Source of the DNA: Candidatus Melainabacteria bacterium
GTDB taxonomy: Bacteria > Cyanobacteriota > Vampirovibrionia > Vampirovibrionales > Vampirovibrionaceae
DNA: 64,000 nucleotides
Direction: 5' to 3'
Assembly (NCBI GenBank): GCA_902168245.1
Contig: CABHPA010000026.1
Coordinates: 20,849 to 84,848, forward strand
Position 1 is the first letter of the stretch, and every line of letters begins with the position of its first letter. The translations under genes were made by a program, and so were the position numbers. The notes under the pieces are model-generated. The model saw only the letters and a list, made by a program, of their open reading frames with translations. It ran no database searches and was not told the DNA's origin. Of the stretch, positions 1 through 9,680 are shown one piece after another.

Positions 1-141
1 CCCCAAGCGGAGCCATGAACTTTGCCTCCCCTACCATCGTCACTCTAGGTAAATGCCGATATTCTCGGATAGAATAACTTGGATGGAACGGAAAAGCCAT
101 GAGCGCCAGCACATAAACCGGAGCAGGGAGTTTTAAAACGT

Positions 142-960
142 TTGCCCATTACGGCCAAAACCTACACCGCTGAAGTGATTTGCCTGCGGGCTTATGATTT
201 TGGCGAGGCCGACAAGATTTTGCACCTGTACTCCCCGGAGCATGGGCGGATTTCAGCTATCGCCAAGGGGGTTAAAAAGAGCAAAAGCAAGCTAGCCGGG
301 GCTTGCGAACTGCTAAACCTGAGTGAAGTTCAGCTTTCCAAGGGTAAAAACCTGGACTTGCTGTGTCAGTACCAGCCCCGGGAAACCTTTGTGGGCATCC
401 GCTCGGATTTGCTGAAACTGGCATACGGCCTGATGTTCGCCGATTTAATCAACCAAACCGCGCTGGATACAGACAGCGAGCAAACGTTCCACCTGCTCAA
501 ACACGCCCTGAATATTCTGGATCAGGCGCAGGAGGCCCAAGTAGTCCCTATTGGGCTGGAATTCCAGATGACCCTGCTACATGCCGCAGGCTTCCACCCG
601 GTGCTGAGCCAGTGCATTTTCACCCATCAGCCGCTGGATCCGGCGGCGTTGTACTATTGCTTTTCGCCGCAGTTCGGTGGAGTAACCATGCCCGAACAGA
701 AGCGCCGCCACATGATTGAAACTGGCGGCTTTGGCGAGCAGTGGGTCAACGTTTCCGCCAGCACCGTGCGGGCGCTGGATAACCCCTACCTGCCGGATTG
801 GCAGCCCAACCAGCTTTATAAGGCCCAGAAATTTCTACAGTATTACTTTAAGCAAGTGTTTGAAAAGCAATTCCATTCTTACGGTCTGGTTTTTAATCTA
901 TTAGAGATGGTTTCACCGGACAGCCCGGATGAATCTGGCGCACCGCTCGGCCCCGCCTAG
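142..960 (+). CDS. recO: DNA repair protein RecO
   Basis: 272-aa ORF with a TTG start at 142 and GGGAG 11 nt upstream. The N-terminus (EVICLRAYDFGEADKILHLYSPEHGRISAIAKG) matches the RecO OB-fold signature. Confidence 0.8.
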   Translation: MPITAKTYTAEVICLRAYDFGEADKILHLYSPEHGRISAIAKGVKKSKSKLAGACELLNLSEVQLSKGKNLDLLCQYQPRETFVGIRSDLLKLAYGLMFADLINQTALDTDSEQTFHLLKHALNILDQAQEAQVVPIGLEFQMTLLHAAGFHPVLSQCIFTHQPLDPAALYYCFSPQFGGVTMPEQKRRHMIETGGFGEQWVNVSASTVRALDNPYLPDWQPNQLYKAQKFLQYYFKQVFEKQFHSYGLVFNLLEMVSPDSPDESGAPLGPA

Positions 961-1087
961 CCGGAAGCCCGCTCGCGGCAGGAAACTCAAACCCCGGCAG
1001 GAGTTTTCGTTTGCCAGCGGTACGGGTTACAGTACAATAGTAAAACTCAAATTGAACCGCAAAAAGGGTCGCAGACAGGAAATTTGC

Positions 1088-2503
1088 ATGTCGCTTCAGG
1101 CACCATTAACCGAAAACGCCCAGGATGACCTAACCGGGGCCATGACCCAACGCCAGGGCTACCGGGCGGTCTTTCGCAACCGTAATTTTGTGGCGTTGTG
1201 GATTGGGCAAATTTTCTCTCAAATCGCGGATCGCATTATTTTCGTGGTGTTTATCAGCCTGATTGTGCATCACTTTGGCCCCAGCGACCGTTATACCAGC
1301 TTTTTATACATTGCCTTCACCATCCCGGCGGTGATGCTGACCGCCATCGCAGGCGTATTCGTAGACCGCTGGCCACGTCGGGCCGTACTGGTCATCACCA
1401 ACCTGATGCGGGCTGCCCTGGTGGCGCTCATTCCCTGGGCGGCGGCGGCCACCGGCGGTTGGGCCATTTACCTGGTCGCGTTCCTGATTTCGGCGGCCAC
1501 CCAGTTTTTCGTTCCGGCGGAAGCGGCCACCATTCCCATGATTGTGAACCGCTCCAGCCTGCTTACCGCAAACTCCCTGTTTACCACCACCATGATGGCG
1601 GCGGTTATCTTCGGCTTCGCCCTGGGCGACCCATTAATCAACCTGTTCTCGCTCGGCAAGGTTCATTGGGCCATTACAGCCCTGTTTCTGCTGGCCAGCG
1701 CATCGCTTTCCCTGGTAAAAGCCCCGCCGGTCTGTGCGCTGGATGAGGGCGCCCGTCCCGCCAGCAACCTGAAAGAGGCGTTCGCCCGCTTTCTGGAAGA
1801 AATCACGGACGGCGTTCGTTATATTCGAGCCAACAAGATCGTGCGCAACGCCATGTTCAAGCTGGCGCTGCTGTTTTCGGCCATGGTGGCGCTGTGCATC
1901 CTGTTTATCAGCTTTGCCAAAACCTACCTGTTCGATGACCCGCAAGTCGCCGCGCAGAAGTTCGCCTATATAATCGCCTTTAGCGGCATTGGCATGGCCT
2001 TTGGCGCGTTCTGGGTCGGGCATTCATTCCATCATACCCGCCGGGGGCTAATGGTGTTCGGCGGGTTCCTGTCGGTGGGTCTGTGCTTAGTACTTCTCAG
2101 CCTAACGGGCATGATTCCCAAGCACGATTACGCCTTTCAGTTGCCTCATTTCGCCAGCGGCTTCATCAACTTGGATGAAGTGCGGTTCACCATGCGCATG
2201 TTGTATACTTACGCGCTGGCCATAATTATGGGCGTAGGGGCAGCATTCATCGCCATTCCCCTACAGGCGTTGCTTCAGGAGTTAATTCCCGAAGACAAGC
2301 GGGGCAAGGTCTTTGGGGTTCAGTTCACTATTTTAAGCACTTCTTCCACCCTGCCGGTGCTGATTGCCGGTTTGGCCGTGGAACAGGTGGGAGTACAAAC
2401 CATGTTTTTGCTCATCGGGATTCCGGTTCTGTTATTTGGAATTGTGGGCCTGTATAAGCGACTGAAAGCCGATAAGAACGATGTCTCTGTTGCAAATTGG
2501 TAA
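1088..2503 (+). CDS. MFS transporter (multi-pass membrane protein)
   Basis: The ATG at 1088 is the first start after the recO stop. The protein has about 12 hydrophobic helices, the MFS-like opening AVFRNRNFVALWIGQIFSQIADR, and a DRWPRR loop motif. Confidence 0.7.
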   Translation: MSLQAPLTENAQDDLTGAMTQRQGYRAVFRNRNFVALWIGQIFSQIADRIIFVVFISLIVHHFGPSDRYTSFLYIAFTIPAVMLTAIAGVFVDRWPRRAVLVITNLMRAALVALIPWAAAATGGWAIYLVAFLISAATQFFVPAEAATIPMIVNRSSLLTANSLFTTTMMAAVIFGFALGDPLINLFSLGKVHWAITALFLLASASLSLVKAPPVCALDEGARPASNLKEAFARFLEEITDGVRYIRANKIVRNAMFKLALLFSAMVALCILFISFAKTYLFDDPQVAAQKFAYIIAFSGIGMAFGAFWVGHSFHHTRRGLMVFGGFLSVGLCLVLLSLTGMIPKHDYAFQLPHFASGFINLDEVRFTMRMLYTYALAIIMGVGAAFIAIPLQALLQELIPEDKRGKVFGVQFTILSTSSTLPVLIAGLAVEQVGVQTMFLLIGIPVLLFGIVGLYKRLKADKNDVSVANW

Positions 2504-3677
2504 ACGAAAAAAGAATATTCCCCAGCTTCGGGACAAAATCTATTTTTCGGTGAGCAGCGAAGGCTACGGCCATTCCAGTCGGGCGCTGGCCATCGCCAGG
2601 CAGTTCAAGCCCGGCGACATCCTGCTAGCTTCCTACAGCTACGCGCTGGAGCGGATTCGCTCCTACGATTACCCCAGCGTGGAAGTCAGCCAGGAAGTGA
2701 AGTTCGTCGGCTCCGAAGGCCACTTCGATGTCGGCAAGACCATCCTTAGTAACCCGGCCCGCGCCTTGGGACTGAACCAGATTGTGCAGGAGGAAATGGA
2801 TATCATCAAGCGCCATGGCATCAGCCTGGTGGTGGCAGATGGCCGCATTGCCCCCGTGCTGGCGGCGGAACGGCTGGATATTCCCTGTATTGTATTAACC
2901 AACCAGAGCGCGTTTTACCCGTTTTTCGAGCGGGATTCCGCCTTGGTGAAACTGTTTGGTCGCTCGTTCGAGTGGGTAATGAAACTGTGGCTTTCCAGCG
3001 CCGAGGAAATCCTGATTCCGGACTTTTGCCCGCCTTACACCATTTGCCTGCCGAACCTGTCCGATAATTACCAGGTGAAAAAGCGCACCCGATTTGTCGG
3101 CCCACTGGTGGCCTGGACGGCGGAAGAGATTACGGCCATTCCCAAAAGCAGCGCTAACCCGCTGGTGGTTGCTTCGCTGGGCGGGCATGAGTACCGCCGA
3201 CCGCTATTTGACGCCGTGGTGGACGCCGCTCGCCGGATGAGCAACGTGGATTTCATTATTATTTCCAGCTTCGCCACCCAAAACGCGCCCCACAACGTGC
3301 AGATTCACCCGTTCGTAAAAGAGGCCGCGCCTTACTTTAAAGCCGCCGATCTGGTGATTACCCAGGCCGGTCACAGCACGGCCATGGAACTGCTGACGCT
3401 GGGAAAACCCTCATTAATCGTGCCGGACAGCCAGCAGATTGAACAGGAAAACAACGCTCGTCGCATGGCGGAAATGGGCGTATCGCTCACCCTATCTTAC
3501 GAGCAACTGGGAGATCCCTCCCAATCCACCATGAAAGACACCATCCAACGCTTGTTGGATGACCCGGAATTTGGCGTTCGGAGCCAGGAATTTGCCGTCA
3601 TGGCCGCCCGCATACAGGGTTCCGTACAGGCGGCGGAACACTTGCGCGAGTTCGCGCACCGTTTATCCGCTTATTAG
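2481..3677 (+). CDS. Glycosyltransferase (GT1/GT28 MGT-like, UDP-sugar dependent)
   Basis: 398-aa ORF whose start overlaps the MFS gene end. It carries the N-terminal SSEGYGHSSRALAIA motif (a GxGH-type acceptor domain) and a C-terminal nucleotide-sugar binding region (ADLVITQAGHSTAMELLTLGKP). Confidence 0.65.
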   Translation: MSLLQIGKRKKNIPQLRDKIYFSVSSEGYGHSSRALAIARQFKPGDILLASYSYALERIRSYDYPSVEVSQEVKFVGSEGHFDVGKTILSNPARALGLNQIVQEEMDIIKRHGISLVVADGRIAPVLAAERLDIPCIVLTNQSAFYPFFERDSALVKLFGRSFEWVMKLWLSSAEEILIPDFCPPYTICLPNLSDNYQVKKRTRFVGPLVAWTAEEITAIPKSSANPLVVASLGGHEYRRPLFDAVVDAARRMSNVDFIIISSFATQNAPHNVQIHPFVKEAAPYFKAADLVITQAGHSTAMELLTLGKPSLIVPDSQQIEQENNARRMAEMGVSLTLSYEQLGDPSQSTMKDTIQRLLDDPEFGVRSQEFAVMAARIQGSVQAAEHLREFAHRLSAY

Positions 3678-3690
3678 GGAAGGATTCGCC

Positions 3691-5031
3691 TTGCAACAGA
3701 AGATTTTACTCGCAAGCATGGTCGGCATTATCTGGCTGGTGGTGTTCCTGACCGGGAAGGTAATGGAAAGCTATTCCTCGGTAATCCTGCTGCTGGTGTT
3801 CATGTTGCTGTACACGTGGCTGATTACGCTGGCAATGGTTCACCAGAAGCGGATGGAAACCCGTCGTCCCAAGAAGCCGGTAAACGAGGACTATTTGCCC
3901 AAGGTATCCGTGGTGATTTCCGCCCACAACGAGGAAGTGGTGATTGAGGAAACCGTTTACCACCTGATGAAGCTGGATTATCCCAACTACGAACTGCTGA
4001 TTATGGATGACCGCAGCCAGGATCGTACCCCGGAAATTCTCACACGTTTAGGCGAAACGCTGGGTGCGCCATATCGGTATCATCTGCGCCCGGCAGACGC
4101 GATTCCCGGCAAGCCCGCCGTGTTGAACGAAGCGTTGACCATCACCGACGGGGACGTGATTTGCGTATTCGATGCAGATGCCTATGTAGAGCCGGATTTC
4201 TTACGTAAAATCGTGCCATTTCTGGCCGATGAGAACGTGGGCGCGGTACAGGCCCGCAAAGTGATTGCCAACGCCAATGAAAACTGGCTGACCAAGTGCC
4301 AGAACTATGAATATTCGCTGGATTCCCATTTCCAGTACGGGCGGGACAGTGTCAGGGGAGCGGTGGAACTGCGCGGCAACGGCCAGTTGGTTAAACGGGA
4401 AGCATTGACGGAAGTCCACGGCTGGAATAACAACACGCTGACCGATGACCTGGATCTCTCCACCCGGCTGCATATTGAAGGCTGGGACATTCGCTTTGCC
4501 CACAAGGTGCCGGTGTTTGAGGAAGGCATTACCGTGTTTGGCTCATTGCTCAAGCAGCGTCGCCGCTGGACGGAAGGCACCCTGTTCCGTTACCTGGAAT
4601 ACGCTGGCCCCTTGCTAAAATCCCGCAAGACTTCCTTACGCACCACGCTGGATATGATTGCCTATTTTCTGGAGTTCTTACTGCCATTGTGGCTGGTGCT
4701 GGATTTCGTACAGCTTGGCTGGGGCTGGATCACCACAGGCGACGCCTCTTCAACCCGGATTATCTCCTCGTTTCTGGTGGTACCGGTATTTTGCATTTCC
4801 ATGAGCGTGGCGCTTGTCGTCGCCATTATTCGGTTCAACCGGCCCAAAGTCATGGAAGCCATTGGTTGGGGCATTATTACCGGGCTGTATATGACGATTC
4901 TGTGGTTCCCGCTGGTGTTTGGCATTATGGTGAAGGTGTTGTTCCAGAAGAAACGCCGCACCCGCTGGGACAAAACCGAGCATACCGGCTCCGCCCACCG
5001 GCAAAGCAAGAACTTAACGCCACAGGCGTAG
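3691..5031 (+). CDS. Family 2 glycosyltransferase (GT-A, PgaC/cellulose-synthase-like, membrane-bound)
   Basis: TTG start at 3691 with AGGGAAGGA 6 nt upstream, or alternatively ATG at 3718. Features are an N-terminal TM helix, VVISAHNEE...DDRSQD...DADAY (DXD), and a C-terminal QRRRW-like motif (QRRRWTEG) followed by TM helices. Confidence 0.7.
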   Translation: MQQKILLASMVGIIWLVVFLTGKVMESYSSVILLLVFMLLYTWLITLAMVHQKRMETRRPKKPVNEDYLPKVSVVISAHNEEVVIEETVYHLMKLDYPNYELLIMDDRSQDRTPEILTRLGETLGAPYRYHLRPADAIPGKPAVLNEALTITDGDVICVFDADAYVEPDFLRKIVPFLADENVGAVQARKVIANANENWLTKCQNYEYSLDSHFQYGRDSVRGAVELRGNGQLVKREALTEVHGWNNNTLTDDLDLSTRLHIEGWDIRFAHKVPVFEEGITVFGSLLKQRRRWTEGTLFRYLEYAGPLLKSRKTSLRTTLDMIAYFLEFLLPLWLVLDFVQLGWGWITTGDASSTRIISSFLVVPVFCISMSVALVVAIIRFNRPKVMEAIGWGIITGLYMTILWFPLVFGIMVKVLFQKKRRTRWDKTEHTGSAHRQSKNLTPQA

Positions 5032-5079
5032 TCTGCCAATGGCGTTACGGGTCAAACAGGCGCTCTCTTGCCAAGCCTG

Positions 5080-5523
5080 TTAAGCTTCCTCCGTTAAACC
5101 CAGCCCTTTGCGCATAAAATCAGGCAGGCGACGCTGCACCTTCCAGTCCGAATCTACCAACACCGCCGTGGTCACGGCCTCTACCGTAATTTTATCGGTC
5201 TTGTGGCTGCGAAACGTCTGGTAAAAGAAAAGCTTGTAGCCCTCTATGGCCAGCCGCGTGGTCAGGGTCAGCTTATCGCCAAAAGTGGCGGGGCTTTTAA
5301 ACTTGAAGTTTTGCTCCACCACCGGGTACACGTATCCATTCGGCTCACCCGGCTTGGAAAGCGCAATACCCTGGGCTTCCAGAAACTTGACCCGGCCCAT
5401 CTCCATCCATTTGGTGTATGCGCCGTGCCACATCACGCCAAAGCAGTCCGTATCAAAGATATTCACGTCCATATCCATGGTATGCAACAACTGGAGCATA
5501 TTATCGGTTGGGGTAGGGGGCAT
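5080..5523 (-). CDS. Acyl-CoA thioesterase (YbgC/4HBT hotdog fold)
   Basis: 147 aa. The sequence DVNIFDTDCFGVMWHGAYTKWMEMGRVKFLE is typical of YbgC-type thioesterases. The start is uncertain and could be a downstream in-frame ATG. Confidence 0.6.
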   Translation of the reverse strand: MPPTPTDNMLQLLHTMDMDVNIFDTDCFGVMWHGAYTKWMEMGRVKFLEAQGIALSKPGEPNGYVYPVVEQNFKFKSPATFGDKLTLTTRLAIEGYKLFFYQTFRSHKTDKITVEAVTTAVLVDSDWKVQRRLPDFMRKGLGLTEEA

Positions 5524-5634
5524 AATCAGCTCAAATCTTATTTTTTTATGAAACCACCTTTATATTCCCATAATAAGGGCTATAATCAAGAGACAACCTG
5601 CACTCGTTCCATCATCACAGAAGGTGAGGTGCAA

Positions 5635-6018
5635 ATGGACGCCTTTCAGCTCATTCAGAATTTTTTCACCAAAATGCGTTGCAACTTCTGCTCGCACAGC
5701 TTTTCACCGGATGACATCCAGTTAATCCGCCAGGATGAAGGCATTTACATTGTGAATGTGTATTGCAACCACTGCCATACCCAGAACGGCGTGGCCATGG
5801 TGGGAGTGGAAATCCCCGGACAAACGGGCGCTTTCCCCGATCCCGAACTGACCGACGAGGAATTGATCCGGTTGGCCGAATACGAGCCGATTACCGAAAA
5901 CGATGTGCTGGACGCGCACGAATTCTTCAGCAGCTTAGATAGCGACTGGATGAAGTTTATTCCGCCAGAAAGGCTTGAACATCAAACAGAGCCTGAAACG
6001 GAATCCCACAACGAGTAA
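5635..6018 (+). CDS. Hypothetical zinc-ribbon protein (CxxC...CxxC) with acidic C-terminus
   Basis: The ATG at 5635 follows GAAGGTGAGGTG. Two Cys pairs are present (CNFCSH and CNHCH). This is only the 3' part of the long 5203-6018 ORF, whose 5' part is antisense to the thioesterase. The 3' end overlaps the pyrE stop region by about 60 nt. Confidence 0.45.
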   Translation: MDAFQLIQNFFTKMRCNFCSHSFSPDDIQLIRQDEGIYIVNVYCNHCHTQNGVAMVGVEIPGQTGAFPDPELTDEELIRLAEYEPITENDVLDAHEFFSSLDSDWMKFIPPERLEHQTEPETESHNE

Positions 6019-6534
6019 ACGCCTCTTTGCCCCCGGCATTGCGGTCGATAATCGCCAACACACCCAGGATTTCCACGGACGGGTACGCTTTTTGAATCGC
6101 ATCAATCGCCTTTAACGTAGAACCGCCGGTGGTCACCACGTCTTCCACCAGCACCACGCGCATCCATGGGGCCAGATTACCGGCAAACTGCCCGCCAGCG
6201 CCATGGCCTTTGGATTCCTTGCGCACAATAAAGCCGCTCAACGGGTGGCCTGCTTCCGCGCTGCGGTAAGTCACGCTGGTAATAATAGGGTCTGCGCCCA
6301 GGGTCATACCGCCCACGGCATCCACGTGCAAATTCTGAATCAGCTCATACAGCAAATGCCCGATCAGGAAGGAGCCGCGCCCATCCAGGGTGGTCAGGCG
6401 GCAGTCCACGTAATAGTTGGAACGCTGACCGGACGCCAGGATAAAATCACCTTTTTTAAAGGAGAGGCGCTGGATAATCTGGAACAGCTCCTGTTTCATA
6501 TTCTGGTTCAGGGGGCAAGTTGCGGTAGACATGG
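5957..6534 (-). CDS. pyrE: Orotate phosphoribosyltransferase
   Basis: Shows the PRTase motif VVLVEDVVTTGGS and the typical PyrE N-terminal region. The chosen start is the ATG at 6534 (MSTATCP...). The ORF extends further upstream to 6598. Confidence 0.8.
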
Positions 6535-6680
6535 GCAATGTGTTTCCTTTCGCTCCCCATTGTACTTGCGCTGGAGGGTTTGATCCATTCATTTCCAATG
6601 CAAGTTACCGGAAAGACTGGCGAAAGAATGCCTCCCTGCCTTGCTACAAACGTGACACGCCCGACCGTGTGGCTTTTTAT

Positions 6681-9644
6681 TCAGGATTCAGCCAATAAGC
6701 TTTGCGCTTCCCGAATTTTTTCCTGAATCCAGCCCAGGCTTTGCGTCGATAAATCCTGCGCCCCGCTGTCGTATGCCTGGCGGAAATGCTCCAGCGCCTT
6801 GCCCCACTCTTGCTGCAACTCGTAAATCTGCCCCAGTTTCATATAGAACGATGCCTTCCACAGCCCGGAACCTTCCTGCAACGCCTGGGCCAAGCCTTGC
6901 CGGGCAATGGTTTCCGCCTTGGGCAAAGCATCCCGCAACAGGTAAAGCGTCACCAGCGCATCCAGTGTGGAAAACTGCCCTTCCAGGTTGCCGGTTTCCC
7001 GGTCATACAGCAGCGATTTTCGGAAGCATTCCGAGGCTTCAGACCAGCGGCCCGCATCCTGATGCAAATTCCCAAGATTCGACAGGGAGGCCGCCGCAGA
7101 CAGCTTGTTGCCATTGGCCTCATCCAGCGCCAGGGCTTTCTGGTAATGCTCCATCGCCTCAGCGGGCTGGTTCAGATCTTCATGCACCCCGGCCAGTTGA
7201 AAATGCACCTCCGCCTGGCGGGATTCGTCATCCGCCGAGAAATACCAGCGTAGCGACTGGTTGAACGACTCCATCGCCTCATCATACTGGTGGCGATAGG
7301 CGTAAATCTCACCCAAGTCCTGATACACTTGCCCAAGGTAGCCCATCCAGACCGCGTTGACGGTGTCATCCTCGTACATCAACCGGCGAATTTCCACCGC
7401 CGCCTTGGAAAGCGAAGCCAAAGCCGCATTGTGGTGATAGGTTTCCTTGTTCACCAGCCCGCTCAGCCGATACACTTCGGCCAGCACCTCGCGCCCCGCA
7501 TCGGCTTTAAAGCTCAGCGCCTTTTCCAGACATTGCCCGGCGCTATCGAAACGCCCATGGCTTGCCCGGTAACGGGCCAGTTCCACCAGCTCCTTCAGCA
7601 TCACCGGCTTATCCTGGGCCACCACGGCAGCCGCCAGCCTTTTTTGAATCTGCTTTTCCTGCTCATCCTCTTCAAAGTCTGCTTCCAATTCAACACCCTG
7701 CCCGGCATCGTGCCGATCCGGCAAAAAGGGTTCCACATCTCGCGCTGAATCCTGCGCGCCAGGGACGGTTTCCGACTCCGGCTTGGCGGCGCGTTGCTGG
7801 CTCTGCAAATAAGCCGACATCTCCGCCTCTTTCTGGAAGAGGATTTCCTTTTCTTCCTCGGTGAGTTCAATATCGGCCAGTTGCTCCTGAAACGTTCGCT
7901 TCCCGGCGGCCTCCCCCAGCAATTCCATAAAAACCGGGCTGCCCTGCGCCGATTCGGCGGCGCTACCCAGAATGTTTTCCACCGGGCTGGTTTCCGGCAG
8001 GCGAATATTGCGGTAATCCTCCAGCGTCAGCCGTTGGGGATTAGGCACCGGACGCAGGCCATGCGATAAGTACGCCTTGGAGGCAATATCATCTCCCGTG
8101 TCCGGCAAGGGTTCCCCGCCCAATTGAATGGAAGGCAGGCCGGTCTTTCGCTCACGGGCGGCGCTGCCGTGGTATTTGGCCTCGGCGATAATAGCCCGGT
8201 TTTTCATGCGTAAAATCCGGCCAGTGGCATCCTGGGCTTTTTCCCGCATGTAAAAATCCTGCAGAATACGGTGAATCCGGTCACGCTCCTCCTGCGGCAG
8301 GCTGCCGTACAGAATCAGCTTGACCGCGTGGTACAGCTCGTACCACGCCTTGAACTTTTTCTCCTTCTCGGCGGCCGTTTCCGGGTTGGCGGCATTGACC
8401 GCCCGTTGCTGGCGGTTGCGAATATGGGCCAGCACCTCTTGCGGCGGGTAGCTGATTTTGAGCAACCCTTTCAGCAAAGAGTGTTCCAGCATATCCGCCA
8501 ACGCGGCCCGATCGACGCCGGACGGCCCCAGCACCGGGTAACAAACGCCCAGCACGGCCAGCAGCGTTTTGGCATTGACCGGATGGCGAATGAAGGCAAG
8601 CACCTGGAACAGACGACGGTGCTGATCCGGCAGGCGCTGGTACACATAGCGCACGAAGTCGCCAATGGGCAGCCCTTGCCCGGCATCGGACTCGCTTTCC
8701 AGCAAGCGGTTAATGGCGTAAAAATCCAGGTTGGCCTGATGATTCAGGTAAAACAGGATTTTCAGCAGCCACGGATAGCCCTGCGTTTTACGGTATAATT
8801 GGCGAATGGCGGCCAGTTCCGCCTCCGGGGCGGCGGCCAGCTCCAGAATGGCCGGATCGGGGGCGGTTTCATGGTTCGGCTTTTTACGGGACTGCAGGAA
8901 GGTTTCGGTATCGCGGGCGCTCAACCCTTCCAGCCGAATATCGGCCACGCCCTCCTGGTTGGGGCTCATGTCCGCATAGGGCAGGCGCTCGCCAATCAAC
9001 ACCATTTTTATGTTGGGAAAGGCCAGCAAAAAGTTGAGCATTTCCTTGAACGGATAGGAGTTGAAACGCAGATCCGTATCCACGATGAACTCCACGTTAT
9101 CCAGCACAATCAGCAAGGGCATATCGCTCACCCGGTTAATCAGCTTTTCCAGCCGCTTAATGGGTTCCTCCTGCGGGGAAAGCTCCGCCTGAAACGCCGG
9201 GGCGTCGGCATTCATGGCCGAGCAAACGTAGGTGATGTACTGGATTAAAAACTGGATAATCTCTTCAAAATCGGTGTGGCGGTTCACGTCGAACCACAGC
9301 AATTGCTCGTTCCGGCTGCCCATCAGCTCGATGACGGCCCGCACCAAGCTGGTTTTGCCGCAGCCTTGCAAGCCCCCCACCAGGGTAATCTTGCGATCGG
9401 CCTCGTTCAGGGCTTTCGCCATTTGCAGGATTTTCGCCTGCCGATGATGAAACACGTTCGGCTCATAGCGAATGCACCGCTTGGTGACCGCCAGCGGAGA
9501 CAAGGCATCCCGCCGGTCACTTAGCTGCAAATTGGGATGCGAGCGCCGCGCGGGTACAAACGAGCCATTCTCAATCCGCTCGATAATGGCGGGACTGATA
9601 AACGTGAGTGGTTCAGACATTCGCTTTCCCAAAGGGCAATTCAA
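6681..9644 (-). CDS. STAND-family (NB-ARC/AAA-like) NTPase with C-terminal TPR repeat domain
   Basis: 987-aa ORF. Walker A motif GGLQGCGKTSLV sits about 95 aa from the N-terminus, and Walker B-like LLIVLDNVE follows. Downstream there is a helical/winged-helix region, an acidic linker, and about 300 aa of TPR-like repeats (YQDLGEIYAYRHQYDEAMESFNQSL...). Start candidates are TTG at 9644 (AAGAGGAGAG upstream) and ATG at 9620. Confidence 0.7.
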   Translation of the reverse strand: MNCPLGKRMSEPLTFISPAIIERIENGSFVPARRSHPNLQLSDRRDALSPLAVTKRCIRYEPNVFHHRQAKILQMAKALNEADRKITLVGGLQGCGKTSLVRAVIELMGSRNEQLLWFDVNRHTDFEEIIQFLIQYITYVCSAMNADAPAFQAELSPQEEPIKRLEKLINRVSDMPLLIVLDNVEFIVDTDLRFNSYPFKEMLNFLLAFPNIKMVLIGERLPYADMSPNQEGVADIRLEGLSARDTETFLQSRKKPNHETAPDPAILELAAAPEAELAAIRQLYRKTQGYPWLLKILFYLNHQANLDFYAINRLLESESDAGQGLPIGDFVRYVYQRLPDQHRRLFQVLAFIRHPVNAKTLLAVLGVCYPVLGPSGVDRAALADMLEHSLLKGLLKISYPPQEVLAHIRNRQQRAVNAANPETAAEKEKKFKAWYELYHAVKLILYGSLPQEERDRIHRILQDFYMREKAQDATGRILRMKNRAIIAEAKYHGSAARERKTGLPSIQLGGEPLPDTGDDIASKAYLSHGLRPVPNPQRLTLEDYRNIRLPETSPVENILGSAAESAQGSPVFMELLGEAAGKRTFQEQLADIELTEEEKEILFQKEAEMSAYLQSQQRAAKPESETVPGAQDSARDVEPFLPDRHDAGQGVELEADFEEDEQEKQIQKRLAAAVVAQDKPVMLKELVELARYRASHGRFDSAGQCLEKALSFKADAGREVLAEVYRLSGLVNKETYHHNAALASLSKAAVEIRRLMYEDDTVNAVWMGYLGQVYQDLGEIYAYRHQYDEAMESFNQSLRWYFSADDESRQAEVHFQLAGVHEDLNQPAEAMEHYQKALALDEANGNKLSAAASLSNLGNLHQDAGRWSEASECFRKSLLYDRETGNLEGQFSTLDALVTLYLLRDALPKAETIARQGLAQALQEGSGLWKASFYMKLGQIYELQQEWGKALEHFRQAYDSGAQDLSTQSLGWIQEKIREAQSLLAES

Positions 9645-9680
9645 CCCGCTTGCTCTCCTCTTTTATTGTACACTTAGCCC

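Noticed and set aside
5203-5634. 5' two-thirds of the long plus-strand ORF 5203-6018
   Set aside because: It lies antisense to the thioesterase gene with no RBS. Only the 3' portion from ATG 5635, which has a good SD, is considered coding.
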